Origin: Octopus vulgaris | Lineage: Eukaryota | Assembly (NCBI GenBank): GCA_951406725.2 | Contig: OX597839.1 | Span: 37,138,001 to 37,202,000 of the forward strand | Length of the DNA stretch: 64,000 nt | Direction: 5' to 3' | In this document: one piece after another, positions 11,582 to 24,590 of the stretch | Layout of the letters: each line of letters starts with the position of its first letter | Numbering within the stretch: the stretch's first letter is position 1 | The notes under the pieces: model-generated | Databases searched by the model: none | What the model was told of the DNA's origin: nothing | The model's input: only the letters and a program-made list of their open reading frames with translations | Position numbers and translations under genes: made by a program

Positions 11582-11965
11582 TCAAAATGTGACCGCATGT
11601 GTACCGTTGGCGATTTTTTTTCCTCTGTCTTCCCTTCTCTGGATCTTTCCTTCTCCTATATTTCCAATGAAAAGCTCCACTCGAAACGTTAAACCCTCCT
11701 TCTTTCCTTAGCGTCCAATAATACTATATTTGTTCCACGTCCTCACGTTGTGTTTTTTTGTGCTTTCTTGTTTGGATTAACTATATATATATATATATAT
11801 ATGACCAATTCTTTCAGTTTCTGTCTACCAAATCCACTCATAAGGCTTTGGTCAGCCCGAGACTATAGTAGAAGACACTTGCCCAAGGTGACACACAGTG
11901 AGACTGAACCCAGAACCTGGAATCATGTGGTTAGGAAGTAAGCATCTTACCACACAGCCATGCCT
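11335..11965 (-). mobile_element. SINE family A interrupted by a P1 element
   Basis: Tail half 11335-11560 and head half ~11800-11965 separated by insert in the internal microsatellite. Confidence 0.8.
11581..11782 (+). mobile_element. Hammerhead-bearing short element (family P1), decayed core
   Basis: Reverse complement of 35738-35965; ATTT-CCAATGA-AAAGCTCCACTC-GAAACGTT-AAAC at 11660-11694; (TA)n both sides. Confidence 0.7.
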
Positions 11966-12033
11966 AAAATATATATACTCTATTTCTTCTTTCCCTTTTT
12001 ACCTGTTCTCTTTCTCTCTCCTGCTCGATATAT

Positions 12034-12570
<537 letters not shown>

Positions 12571-12844
12571 ACTTCTATATTTAACATTCTTCTCGTTCTT
12601 TTTCCCTCTCTCTCTCTCTCTCTCTCTTTTCCTCCCCTCTTTGATATGTTGGCCTGCACAAACTCATCCCATTCTCCTGTCATTTCCAGTGAAACATTAA
12701 ATACAATCCCCGCCCCCCACACACACATTTATCTACCGCTTACATTCATTACTCTCAATCATCTGTCCATTGATCATCAGCTGCTAATTGACCAAATTAC
12801 AGAAATTACTAAAGAACATTCCAAAACACACAGTTGCACACACA

Positions 12845-13005
12845 TATGCACACACACACACACACTGAAGCATACATACACACATGCATAAATATATTTA
12901 TACATACATACATACATACATTCATATACACACACATTCATGCATACCTACACACACACACACACACACTGAAGCATACATACACACACGCATAAATATA
13001 TTTAT

Positions 13006-13037
<32 letters not shown>

Positions 13038-13720
13038 TGAAGCATACATACACACACGCATAAATATATTTATACATACATACATATACACACACACACA
13101 CACACACTGAAGCATACATACACACACGCATAAATATATTTATACATACATACATACATATACACAGACACACACTGAAGCATACATACACACACGCATA
13201 AATATATTTATACATACATACCTACACACACACACACACACACACACACTGAAGCATACATACGCACAAGCATAAATATATTTATACATACATACATACA
13301 TACATACATTCATATACACACACATTCACGCATACCTACACACACACACTGAAGCATACATACACACAAGCATAAATATATTTATACATACATGCATACA
13401 TACATACATACATTCATATACACACACATTCACGCATACCTACACACACACACTGAAGCATACATACACACATGCACAAATATATTTATACATACATACA
13501 TACATACATATACACACACATTCACGCATACCTACACACACACACTGAAGCATACATACACACATGCACAAATATATTTATACATACATACATACATACA
13601 TATACACACACATTCACGCATACCTACACACACACACACACTGAAGCATACATACACACATGCACAAATATATTTATACATACATACATTCATAGACACA
13701 CACATTCACGCATACACACA
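12845..13720. repeat. Microsatellite-derived minisatellite, ~60-100 bp units
   Basis: CACACTGAAGCATACATACAC...GCA(T/C)AAATATATTTATACATAC recurs about ten times. Confidence 0.9.
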
Positions 13721-14320
13721 CACACCTATGCACACCATCTCAAACTATTTGTCTAATTAGACAGGCAGGCAGGCAGACTGGTAGATAGGTATGTTAATTG
13801 AGACAGCACTGGCAGCGGTTGTAGTAGCAATGGTCTTAAATAAGGAACATCTCTGTATTGCCTGCCCTACCATCACCACCATCATCCCAGCAATCTTCAC
13901 TACCACCACCACCACCACCACAACCATCACCATCATCCCAATCCCCTTCTGTTACCTATTAACGACTCTCACCTACAGCTTCTTATCTTCTCTCTCTCAC
14001 CTCTCTCATTCACATGTCAAAAATGATGTTCATGTTTGAAATGAGAAGTTGATTGCCACTACCAGTGGAAGAGACGTGATTCTCACTTTGATTTCAAGCC
14101 ACAATTACTTGAAATTAGAAAATCAAAACAAATTTTAATTATTTCATTACACGAAAAAAAAAAAAAAAATTTTTTTAAAAACAGTGAGCTGGGTGATTTG
14201 CTAAAATGCTGGAAAAATACTTTAGTCATTCCAGCTCCTTACATTCTGGTTTCAAATCCTGCTCAGGGCCAACTTTACCTTTCATTTGATAAAATAAAGT
14301 CCCAGTAAATGCACCTGCAC

Positions 14321-14530
14321 TAATGGTTAGGGTGTTGCAGTCAGGCGAGGAAGATCATGGTTTCAATTCCCAGACCAGGAGGCATATTGTGTTCTTGAGC
14401 AAAACACTTCATTTCATGTTGCTCCAGTCCACTCAACTGTAAATGAGTGACCCTGCAATGGACTGGCATCTCATTCAGAAGGCATATTGTCACCTCAGTC
14501 ACTTATATGCCATGAATACTGGATAACCAG
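14321..14530 (+). mobile_element. SINE family D, diverged
   Basis: TGGTTAGGG...GGTTTCAATTCCC...GTGTTCTTGAGCAAAACAC...GCAATGGACTGGC. Confidence 0.7.
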
Positions 14531-14544
14531 CATTATATATAAAT

Positions 14545-15210
14545 AAATAAAATAATGAAATTATTGTATACAGTGCTCAGGTGCACCACAACTTGTCAGA
14601 AAGTGCGTATAAAGTACATGCAGTAATGTACAAATGTCTGAAAAGCGAACAATGTATGAGTCAGATAGATGCTTGCGTGTGTATGGAGGGGAGGAAATCA
14701 GGTGTAGTGTTGGCGAATCTCAGGAAGCATGGAAGTTTTGAAGGATGCAGTGCTCCGACAACTAACAACTGATGCCGGCAATTTGTTCCATGCTTCAGCG
14801 TGTGTATGGAGGGGAAGAGAAGATCAGGTGTAGTGTTGGCGAATCTCAGGAAGCATGGAAGTTTTGAAGGATTCAGTGCTCCGACAACTAACAACTGATG
14901 CCAGCAGTTTGTTCCATGCTTCAGCGTGTGTATGGAGGGGAGAAAATCAGGTGTAGTGTTGGCGAATCTTAGAAAGCATGGAAGTTTTGAAGGATGCAGT
15001 GCTCCGACAACTAACAACTGATGCCGGCAGTTTGTTCCATGCTTCAGCAACTCTCAGCGTGAAAAAATGTTTCCTAAAGTCATGGGAGCTGTGCTGTTTT
15101 CTGACTTTGTAAATATGTCCACGGGCGTTAGACGGGTGGAGTTCAAAAAGGTGCTCAGAGTTATTGCATGTAAGATGGTTGATAATTTTATGGGTGTCTG
15201 CCATATGAGT
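14545..15210 (-). mobile_element. 5'-truncated CR1-clade LINE 3' end
   Basis: ORF 14947-15204 reads ARGHIYKVRKQHSSHDFRKHFFTLRVAEAWNKLPASVVSCRSTASFK, the typical CR1 ORF2 C-terminus (RGH..K...RK.FF..RV...WN.LP..VV...S...FK), followed by a 3'UTR and AT-rich tail. Confidence 0.85.
14675..15046. repeat. Tandem triplication (123/126/123 bp) of the CR1 stop-codon region
   Basis: Units start GCGTGTGTATGGAGGGG at 14675, 14798, 14924. Confidence 0.9.
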
Positions 15211-15791
15211 CCAGTATGTAAGGAAAACGTGTGTTTATTTGTGTTTCCTTGTCTTGACGTTGTGTGGTCGTTGTAAATGAATGTTATTCTAATATTTACA
15301 TTTCCAAACATGTCTGGTCATGAACAATTATCAACTTGTTTAGAAACTGCTGAGAATTGGCAACAGGAATAGCATCCAGTTGTAGAAAATCTTCTTCAAC
15401 AAAATCTGTATGACTCATGATAGCCTGGAGAAGTGAATGGTAAATGATGATTGTGATAATAGCTATTCTTGCATAAAGCTGTCTTTTCCTCCATATTTTT
15501 CTGTATGATAAAGATGCTCACCAGCGTGGGGGAAAATGGAGAAAAAGTAGAAGAAGAAGAAGAAGAAAAAAGTGTCTCTGAAATTGTCATTCGTGATGAG
15601 AAAGCCAAATCAAGAGTATTAAAGAGATGTAATTATTATGAATGGCAATTTTTTTTTAAACCTCTCTTGGAAATCTTCAACATACGATATCACTGTAAAA
15701 CATTGAGTTCAGCAAGAAATATTGCTGAGATAACAATTAATCCTCTTTCGGATGTGATTGACTGAATTTCTGAGTGTTTGGATGTCTGTGC

Positions 15792-15837
<46 letters not shown>

Positions 15838-16009
15838 GATTATCTAATCAGATTATAATAATTCATTAAGCGAACGGTATTAGTGTGACTAGAACACCTG
15901 GAAATGATAGCCAAGAATTAAAACACAACAAATATGGAATGGAATAAAATGAATGCATCACTGCTTAATGGACTTTCATTATGGAAATACGTGCAGCAGC
16001 AAGCTTTCG

Positions 16010-16670
16010 AAGCTTCTTCATTTTCTTCACCTCCTTCTTCATCATACTCCCCTTCTTCATATTATTCTGCTCATTCTTCTTCAACATATTCTATTACTTC
16101 TTCTTCTTCTTCTTCAATTTTTTCTTCTTCTACAGGTTCTTCTTCTTCTTCTTCAATTTTTTCTTCTTCTACAAGTTCTTCTTCTTCTTCTTCAATTTTT
16201 TCTTCTTCTACAGGTTCTTCTTCTTCTTCTTCTTCTACATCATCGTCTTCTTCTTCTTCTTCTTCTACATCGTCTTCTTCTTCTTCTTCTTCTTCTTCTT
16301 CTTCTACATCGTCTTCTTCTTCTTCAATTTTTTCTTCTTCTACAGGTTCTTCTTCTTCTTCTTCTTCTACATCGTCTTCTTCTTCTTCTACATCGTCTTC
16401 TTCTTCTTCTTCTTCTTCTTCTTCTCGTCTTCTTTTTCCTCTTCTTCTTCTTCTGCATCTTCTTCTACATCTTATCATTCTTATTCTTCTACAGGTTCTT
16501 CTTCATCTTCTTTTTCTTCTTCTTCAAATTTTTTTCTTCTTCTTTTTTCCTCAACTTTTTCTTCTTCTTCTTTAACTTTTTCTTCTTTTTCTTCTTCTCT
16601 TGTTCTTCTTCCTTTATAACCTCCTCTCCCTCCTCCTCCTCCTACTACTACTACTACATCTTCTTCTTCC
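16010..16670. repeat. (TCT)n repeat with higher-order units
   Basis: TCAATTTTTTCTTCTTCTACAGGT and TCTACATCG variants repeated within TCT array. Confidence 0.9.
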
Positions 16671-17159
16671 CGTTCTTGTTGTTATATTCCAATTTTGGCT
16701 CATGTGTTCCCAGATTGTTAAATATTAATCCAAAAGTCTTTTTCTATTTTCTTTCTTTTTTCCCTTTAACTTCCTTTCTCCTCAACATGAAGCTACACAC
16801 AACCGAAAATATATTCATTAAAAACAAAAACAACACAATATATATAACACAGAAAAAACAAAACCAATAAAAAAAAAAACACCTAGTTTACAGGGGGAAA
16901 ATACCAAACAAAAACGAAATGGACAAAAACAAACAAACAAATCTTTGAATTCGTTTAAATCTGGACATCAAAAGAAAAAAGCCATCATTAGTTTTATTTT
17001 ATTTCAGTCAGCAGATGAAACATTTTTTTTTTTCCCCAATATGGTGGACATTAATCAAAACAAAATGACGAGTGAGCGACAAACCAACTGCACCTCCTGT
17101 GTCCCCCCTTCACCTTGTTTCCTACTCCTACTTCCACTCTCTCTCTCTCTTTCTCCCTC

Positions 17160-17535
<376 letters not shown>

Positions 17536-17781
17536 AGCTATAAAAGTCACTGGAATAATATTTCAAAAGATGGTCACTTATTTATTTCTGGTGTAAGTAA
17601 GGAGATGGGGAGGTGAAGAAAATGGCTTATTCCATAAAAATCACCAACTCCATGTTGCATATAATTAGAGGTGTATTTTTTAGTTATATACACACACATA
17701 AATACATAAATACATGTATGCAAATATACATGCACACCAACACACATATATATGTACAAGTACAAATAACCATACACATAC

Positions 17782-17861
<80 letters not shown>

Positions 17862-17898
17862 TGTGTGTATAAGGATGAAAAGGAACACATGAGTTGAT

Positions 17899-18005
17899 AT
17901 ATATGAAAAAACAAGTCAAGATAGAAAATGCTAAAATAATTTTATAAAGAATCTTTATAAAAATTATTTTAGCATTTTCTATCTTGACTTGTTTTTTCAT
18001 ATATG
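17899..18005. repeat. Near-perfect ~105 bp palindrome
   Basis: ATGAAAAAACAAGTCAAGATAGAAAATGCTAAAATAAT... mirrored about position 17951 with a 1-nt length difference in a T/A run. Confidence 0.9.
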
Positions 18006-18016
18006 TATATATATAT

Positions 18017-18157
18017 TTCTGTAAATGTAATATGTGACAATTATTCAGTAGCAATTATAAAACTTATAGTTTCGGATGTCAGGGTGGAAATCCATGCCGC
18101 CATCTCTTCAGTTATCTAGCCGTCGGCAAAAATCCGATGTTGTCTTACCATTTCTAT

Positions 18158-18160
<3 letters not shown>
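18017..18160 (-). mobile_element. Hammerhead-bearing short element (family P3)
   Basis: Reverse-complement homology to 33569-33772; flanked by TA repeats. Confidence 0.7.
18057..18115 (-). ncRNA. Type I hammerhead ribozyme motif, canonical core
   Basis: Minus strand ATAA-CTGAAGA-GATG-(22 nt)-CATC-C-GAAA-CT-ATA-AG-TT-TTAT: stem I ATAA/TTAT, GUU site. Confidence 0.7.
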
Positions 18161-18199
<39 letters not shown>

Positions 18200-18659
18200 T
18201 TTATTAATAAAACTGCAAAGACATCACAAAAACTGTTAGCCTCTTGCAGAAGAAAAATGCTGATGTGACATCTGCAACTTTGTGTGCATCTAATGATGCA
18301 GACTAGTTCTTCTTTAGTGGCGATTTCATACAATATTCAGGGAACAGGATCAGCCCAATGTAAGGTATTTCTTCACTTAAAGAAATATCAAATGTTTTCT
18401 AACATTTCTGTTATATGCCACCTGCCATGGTTGGCCATAGCCAAAAAAAAGGCAAAACACTCAATGACTAGTTTTATGATGGAATTAAAGCAGGTTTCAA
18501 CATGGGTGGCAAGCTCCCTCAACACTTACAGCAAGAGGCACTCATTGTTGCCATATGAGTGCAGCTCATGTTTAAGAGAATGATCAAGTGATAGCATTGC
18601 TTGGAATCAAGTTGCAGTCATTATGTGTGTCCTGTGTGTGTGTATGCATACATATCTTT

Positions 18660-18870
18660 TATCTTTTACTAGTTTTAGTCACTGGACTGTGGCCATGCTG
18701 GGGCATTGCCTTGAAGTATTTTAGTCTAGCGAATCAACTCCAGTACTTAAGCCTGGTACTTATTCTATCGGTCTCTTTTGCCAACCTGTTAAGTCATGGG
18801 GATGTAAACACACCAATATCAGTTGTCAAGTGGTGGTAAGGAACAAACATAAGCACAAAAACATACATAC
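18660..18870 (-). mobile_element. SINE family A 3' half
   Basis: CTGTGGCCATGCTGGGGC...TATTCTATCGGTCTCTTTTGCC. Confidence 0.75.
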
Positions 18871-19965
18871 AAATATATATGTGTATATATATATATACAT
18901 TATGTATGTATGTATGTATGTATGTATGTATGTATGTATGTATGTATGTATGTATAGGGAGGTGCATCAGTGTATCTTTCTCAAACATTGACCAATTCTT
19001 TCTGCAATTATATGTATCCATTGCTTTCAAATCCCAGGCATATTGAAATTATGAGGCTGTGTTTTGTTTGCAACTATTTCTGGGGGAATCTATGTGATGG
19101 ATACATCTACTCTTAAAAGTATTTATGGTAAGGCTAATATGATGTTTTTACATAGCCATCTTTGGATGCCTTTGTGATAAGCCAGATGTGCTTTTACAGC
19201 AGTTGTAATATTTCTGTATGTAGACTTGTAGCAGTAGTAATATTTGAGATAAAGCAGTAGGTCACAATGATATCAATTTATAATGAAGAATTTGTTACAA
19301 GGATGATTGTGTGGGAACTGTTTGTGTATACTTAAGAGAAAACTTACAGTTATATTCATGACACATTGAAATAGAAAATAAGTTAAACCAAACAATTTTT
19401 CAGTTTCAGCATTTTCATCCTTGTTTTCCTTTAAATACACTGTTTGTCTGCATCATTTTGTAAGGGGATTTTCTTTCAGAAGATATGATTTATAACCATG
19501 TATTAATGTTACTGACTAAATTTTTTACAAATCTGTGATGGATAGTTAGGATATAAATGTAATATAAGTTTACATTAGGTTTTAGTTTAAGTGGTATTTT
19601 CTCTGTCTTCGTGTATAGAGTTATGTGTATAAAGTTTACAACAGTTATATCAGCCTTAATGGCAAACTTTATATCAAATAGTTTGAAAGTTTTTATTAAA
19701 TATTTTCTAATGGCAATGCCCTGGCATGGACTCAGATATTGGCTGAAACTCATAATAGAATAATAGAAGAGTCTGATGAAATAATGTTATATCATCATAA
19801 TTGTTACTTTACATCCACTTTTCCATATACATGTGAGGGAAAGTGTGTGTGTATTCGTGTATGCATGTATGTGTATACACACACACATAAACTCATATGT
19901 ATGTATGTATGTTTGTATGTATGTACGTATATGTATGTATGTATGTACATATATGTATGTATGTA

Positions 19966-20028
<63 letters not shown>

Positions 20029-20066
20029 ATATTTCGGAATGGTCATATTGCACAACAAATATTTAA

Positions 20067-20108
<42 letters not shown>

Positions 20109-20384
20109 TAATGTTTGTTTTTATGTTCAGCTATGATAAAAATAATTTTACATTAATTTGATGGGTTACTCTATACTTTTGTAGAACATAAATATATTAT
20201 TCTTTAACAAAAATAGTATTGACAGTGACTTCAAAGTATCAGTCAGCTAAGCCATCATTGGACTATATATGTGTGTGGGTGTGGGTGTGTGTGTATTCAT
20301 ATATATATATATATGTCTGTACATATATATATATAAATATGTATGTATGTATGTGTACACACACACACACATATATTATGTATA

Positions 20385-20725
20385 TCTTTTATCTTTTGTT
20401 TCAGTCATTAAACTGCAGCCATGCTGGAGCACCGCAGTGAAAACATTTTAGTTGAATGAATCAACACCAGGACTTAATTTTGCCTGGTACATATTCTTTC
20501 AGCCTGTTTTTCAGAGATGTAAACACATCAGCACTGGGTGACAAGTGGTGGTGGAGACACACGCACACACAATGGGCTTCTTTCAGTTTCCATCTACCAA
20601 CTCCACTCACAAGGCTTTGGCCGAACCAAGGCTATAGTAGAAAATACTTGCCCAAAGTGACACAGAGCAGGACTGAACATGGAACCATGTGGTTGGGGAG
20701 CAACCTTCTTACCATACAGCCACAC
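20385..20725 (-). mobile_element. SINE family A, diverged
   Basis: Colinear with 633-1041. Confidence 0.75.
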
Positions 20726-20879
20726 AAATTATTTAGAACTTTGTAGATAGTGCCCATGTCTTTGAGGCATACAACCCACATATACCCCTGGTTGTGTTTT
20801 CACAACGCAAAACCTGCCCCTACTTGCTTGGACATGAGCTCGTTGGGAAGAATCTGTCTGAGCATACAAAGTGTTCAGT

Positions 20880-20943
20880 AGGGATGTAAACACACCAGCA
20901 TCGGTTGTCAAGCAATGTTGGGAGGACAAATACAGGCACACAC

Positions 20944-20978
<35 letters not shown>

Positions 20979-21250
20979 TGGAGGCGCAATGGCCCAGTGG
21001 TTAGGGCAGCGGACTCGCGGTTTCGATTCCCAGACCAGGCGTTGTGTGTGTTTATTGAGCACAAACACCTAAAGCTCCATGAGGCTCCGGCAGGGGTGGC
21101 GAACCCTGCTGTACTCTTTCGCCACAACTTTCTCTCACTCTTTCTTCTGTTGGCCTGCTCACTTAGCCAGTGGGGTGGCGTTATTTGAAGGCTAAAACAA
21201 TACGAAGCGCATTGTGACCAGCAATGTGTAGCAGCATCTGATAGCCTGAT

Positions 21251-21288
<38 letters not shown>

Positions 21289-21447
21289 GACAGGCTTCTT
21301 TCAGTTTCTGTCTACCAAATCCACTCACAAGGCTTTGGTTGTGCCGAGGCTATAGTAGAAGACACTTGCCCAAGGTTCCACACAGTGGGACTGAACCTGG
21401 AACCATGTAGTTCGTAAGCAAGCTATTTACCACACAGCCACTCCTAT
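20880..21447 (-). mobile_element. SINE family A interrupted by SINE C
   Basis: GATGTAAACACACCAGCATCGG at 20883 and head at 21290-21447. Confidence 0.8.
20980..21258 (+). mobile_element. tRNA-derived SINE family C, tail type 2
   Basis: GGAGGCGCAATGGCCCAGTGGTTAGGGCAGCGGACTCGCGG head, GTTTCGATTCCC B-box, ends ATCACGTGAT; matches 56158-56468. Confidence 0.85.
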
Positions 21448-21627
21448 GCTTACCATAACAGTTAATCTAAATACAGTGAAATTTTTAAGACTTCATTTTT
21501 TTGTATGGTCACATATGGCTAACTATTAAACCAGATGTTTAAAATATTTGTCAATATGTTGCAAGCTGACAGTGCTGTCATTACTTTAGGGGTAAGAAAA
21601 TCTTTTTCTCAGCTCATCCTGTAATAT

Positions 21628-22125
21628 GTGGGGGTGCAATGGCCCAGTGGTTAGGGCAGCGGACTCGCGGTTTCAATTCCCAGACCGGGTGTTGTGTGTG
21701 TTTATTGAGTGAAAACACCTAAAAGCTCCAAGAGGCTCTGGCAGGGCGTGGTGGCGACCCCTGTTGTTCTCTTTCAATTTCTGTATCTCTAGATCTACAT
21801 AGAGATGCAATGGCCCAGTAGTTAGGGCAGCAGACTCATGGTCAGAGGATCGTGATTCGCGATTTCAATTCCCAGACCAGGCATTTTGTGTGTTTATTGA
21901 GCAAAGACACCTAAAGCTCCACAAGGCTCTGGCAGGGGGTGGTGGCAACCCCTATTGTACTCTTTCGCCCCCAACTTACTCTCACTCTCTCTTCCTGTTT
22001 CTTGAGTATCGTTGCGATGGACTGGCGTCCTGTCCAGCTGGGGGGAACACATACGCCACAGAAACCGGGAAACCGGGCCCATGAGCCTGACTAGGCTTGA
22101 AAAGGGTGCATAAATAAATAAATAA
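21628..22125 (+). mobile_element. Composite SINE family C (two heads, tail type 1)
   Basis: Bounded by TSD ATCCTGTAATAT (21616-21627, 22126-22137). Confidence 0.85.
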
Positions 22126-22433
22126 ATCCTGTAATATACCCAGTTCTTTACAGTCATCTCTTGAGTTTAGTGTGATAATTATGGTTCAAAGTCTATCTTG
22201 AGAAACACATTCAACACTAAGAGATATTCATGTGACTTTCCCCCTCATCTCAGAAACAGAGGAAGAACAATGTAGAGTACAATTTGTTCAGTTATCATCA
22301 TCATTTCATCTTTAAGACCCATGTTCATCAGTTGGGCGGAATCCTAAGTTCTCTTATCCAGATGTCATTTCCAGAGGTTTCAGATAGAAAATGTATGATC
22401 ATGTCATCATCATCATTTTAATGTCTACAGATA

Positions 22434-23512
22434 GGCGCAGGAGTGGCTGTGTGGTAAGTAGCTTGTTTACCAACCACATGGTTCCGGGTTCAGTCCCACT
22501 GCGTGGCACCTTGAGCAAGTGTCTTCTACTATAGCCTCGGGCCGACCAAAGCCCTGTGAGTGGATTTGGTAGACGGAAACTGAAAGAAGCCCGTCGTATA
22601 TCATCATCATCATCATCATCATCATCGTTTAACGTCCGCTTTCCATGCTAGCATGGGTTGGACGGTTCAACTGGGGTCTGGCAAGCCCGAAGGCTGCACC
22701 AGGCCAGTCAGATCTGGCAGTGTTTCTACAGCTGGATGCCCTTCCTAACGCCAACCACTCCGAGAGTGTAGTGGGTGATTTTATGTGCCACCGACACAGG
22801 TGCCAGACGAGGCTGGCAGACGGCCACGCTCGGATGGTGTTTTTTATGTGCCACCGACACAGGTGCCAGACGAGGCTGGCTGACGGCCACGCTCGGATGG
22901 TGTTTTTATGTGCCACCGACACAGGTGCCAGACGAGGCTGGTGGACGGCCACGCTCGGATGGTGTTTGTTACATGCCCTCAGCACGGAGGCCAGTCATTG
23001 CGGTACTGGCTATGGTCACGTTCGGATGGTTTTCTTATGTGCCACCGGCACTGGTACCACAAGGATACAAATTCCATTGATGTTCATCTATTTTGATTTG
23101 GTTCGATTTGATTTGATTTGATTCGATTCTCACTTGCCTCAACAGGTCTTCACAAGTGTCACAAGAAGGAAGGTATGCACAGGTGGACTGACTACGTCCC
23201 AGGTAGGGGCCACGGATTATGGCTTCACTAGTCTTGCCGGGTCTTCTCACGCACAGCATACTTCCATAGGTCTCGGTCTCTAGAGTGTGTGTGTGTCTGT
23301 GTTTGTCCCCCTAGCATTGCTTGACAACCGAAGCTGGTGTGTTTATGTCCCCGTTACTTAGCGGTTCGGCAAAAGAGACCGATAGAATAAGTTCTGGGCT
23401 TACAAAGAATAAGCCCCGGGGTCGATTTGCTCGACTAGAGGCGGTGCTCCAGCATGGCCGCAGTCAAATGACTGAAACAAGTAAAAGAGTAAAAGAGTAA
23501 AAAGAGTAAAGA
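22434..23512 (+). mobile_element. SINE family A interrupted by RTE 3' end
   Basis: Head 22434-22600, tail half 23285-23512. Confidence 0.85.
22601..23284 (-). mobile_element. 5'-truncated RTE-like LINE 3' end (source of family E tail)
   Basis: Minus strand starts ...RDRDLWKYAVREKTRQD* (RTE-type DR..W C-terminus), then 3'UTR with ~61 bp tandem repeats and (GAT)n tail. Confidence 0.75.
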
Positions 23513-24060
23513 GATAGATCAAAAGACAGACAGGCAGGCAGATGACAGACAGACAGACAGAGATTAAGTGATGGCAGACATTTCCTTTCAGTTATCTATA
23601 TTAGCAGTATTGTTAATATTATCATTGCCTTTGTTATTATTATTATTATTATTGTTATTGTTATTATCTTCTTTGCTGCTGTTGTTATTATTATTATTAT
23701 TATCATCATTGATGTTGCCTTTGTCATTGTTATTGATTTCTTTGTTTTTTGTTGTTGTTGTTGTTATCAACATTGTTGTTATTGGTTTCTGATATGTATT
23801 TATATAATTACTTACTTAGTTCGCTAGAATTAATTGTAAGATCTTTCCTGCCTAATTAAATAACATTGGAAAGTCGATATTTTGCATTACTGTACATTCC
23901 AGCACCAAATGAGGTAGAAAACAAAAAATTAACAAGCGCAATTAACAGAATTAAGAAAAAGCGACAACAACAACAACAACAACAACAACAAAAAGCAACA
24001 ACTAAGTACAGTGACTCAAACACACAAACATACACAAATAGATACACACACTTACAGACA

Positions 24061-24147
<87 letters not shown>

Positions 24148-24290
24148 ACACCTGTACATATTCCCAGTCTTCAGCTTAAACATATTTGGAATTATAACTC
24201 CTGGACAAATTACAGGGATTTGAAACTCAAAATATCAAGGTTTCGACCTTGTTAGGACTTGTTCAATTTCTGTATCTCTAGATCTACATA

Positions 24291-24590
24291 GAGATGCAAT
24301 GGCCCAGTGGTTAGGGCAGCAGACTCATGGTCGGAGGATCGCAATTTCAATTCCCAGACCAGGCATTTTGTGTGTTTATTGAGCGAAAGCTCCACAAGGC
24401 TCTGGCAGGGGGTGGTGGCAACCCCTGTTGTACTCTTTCACCCCAACCTTCTCTCACTCTCTTTTCCTGTTTCTTGAGTAACGCTGTGATGAACTGGAGT
24501 CCCGTCTAGCGGGGGAAACACATACGCCACAGAAACCAGGAAACTGGGCCCATGAGCCTGGCTAGGCTTGAAAAGGGCGTAGAAGAAGAA
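24291..24590 (+). mobile_element. SINE family C, tail type 1
   Basis: TSD AGATCTACATA at 24280-24290 and 24591-24601. Confidence 0.85.

Noticed and set aside
12845-13720. CRISPR-like repeat/spacer appearance (also 22775-23055, 14675-15046)
   Set aside because: Spacers are microsatellite or repeat-derived rather than unique; no cas genes; eukaryotic context
15934-16870. Poly-Ser/Leu/Phe ORFs and a poly-Glu ORF on minus
   Set aside because: All frames of one (TCT)n array; the Glu frame is broken by stops derived from GAA, with no domain or splice support
20980-21035. tRNA-like sequences at SINE heads
   Set aside because: A/B boxes run into SINE bodies; no complete cloverleaf or poly-T terminator
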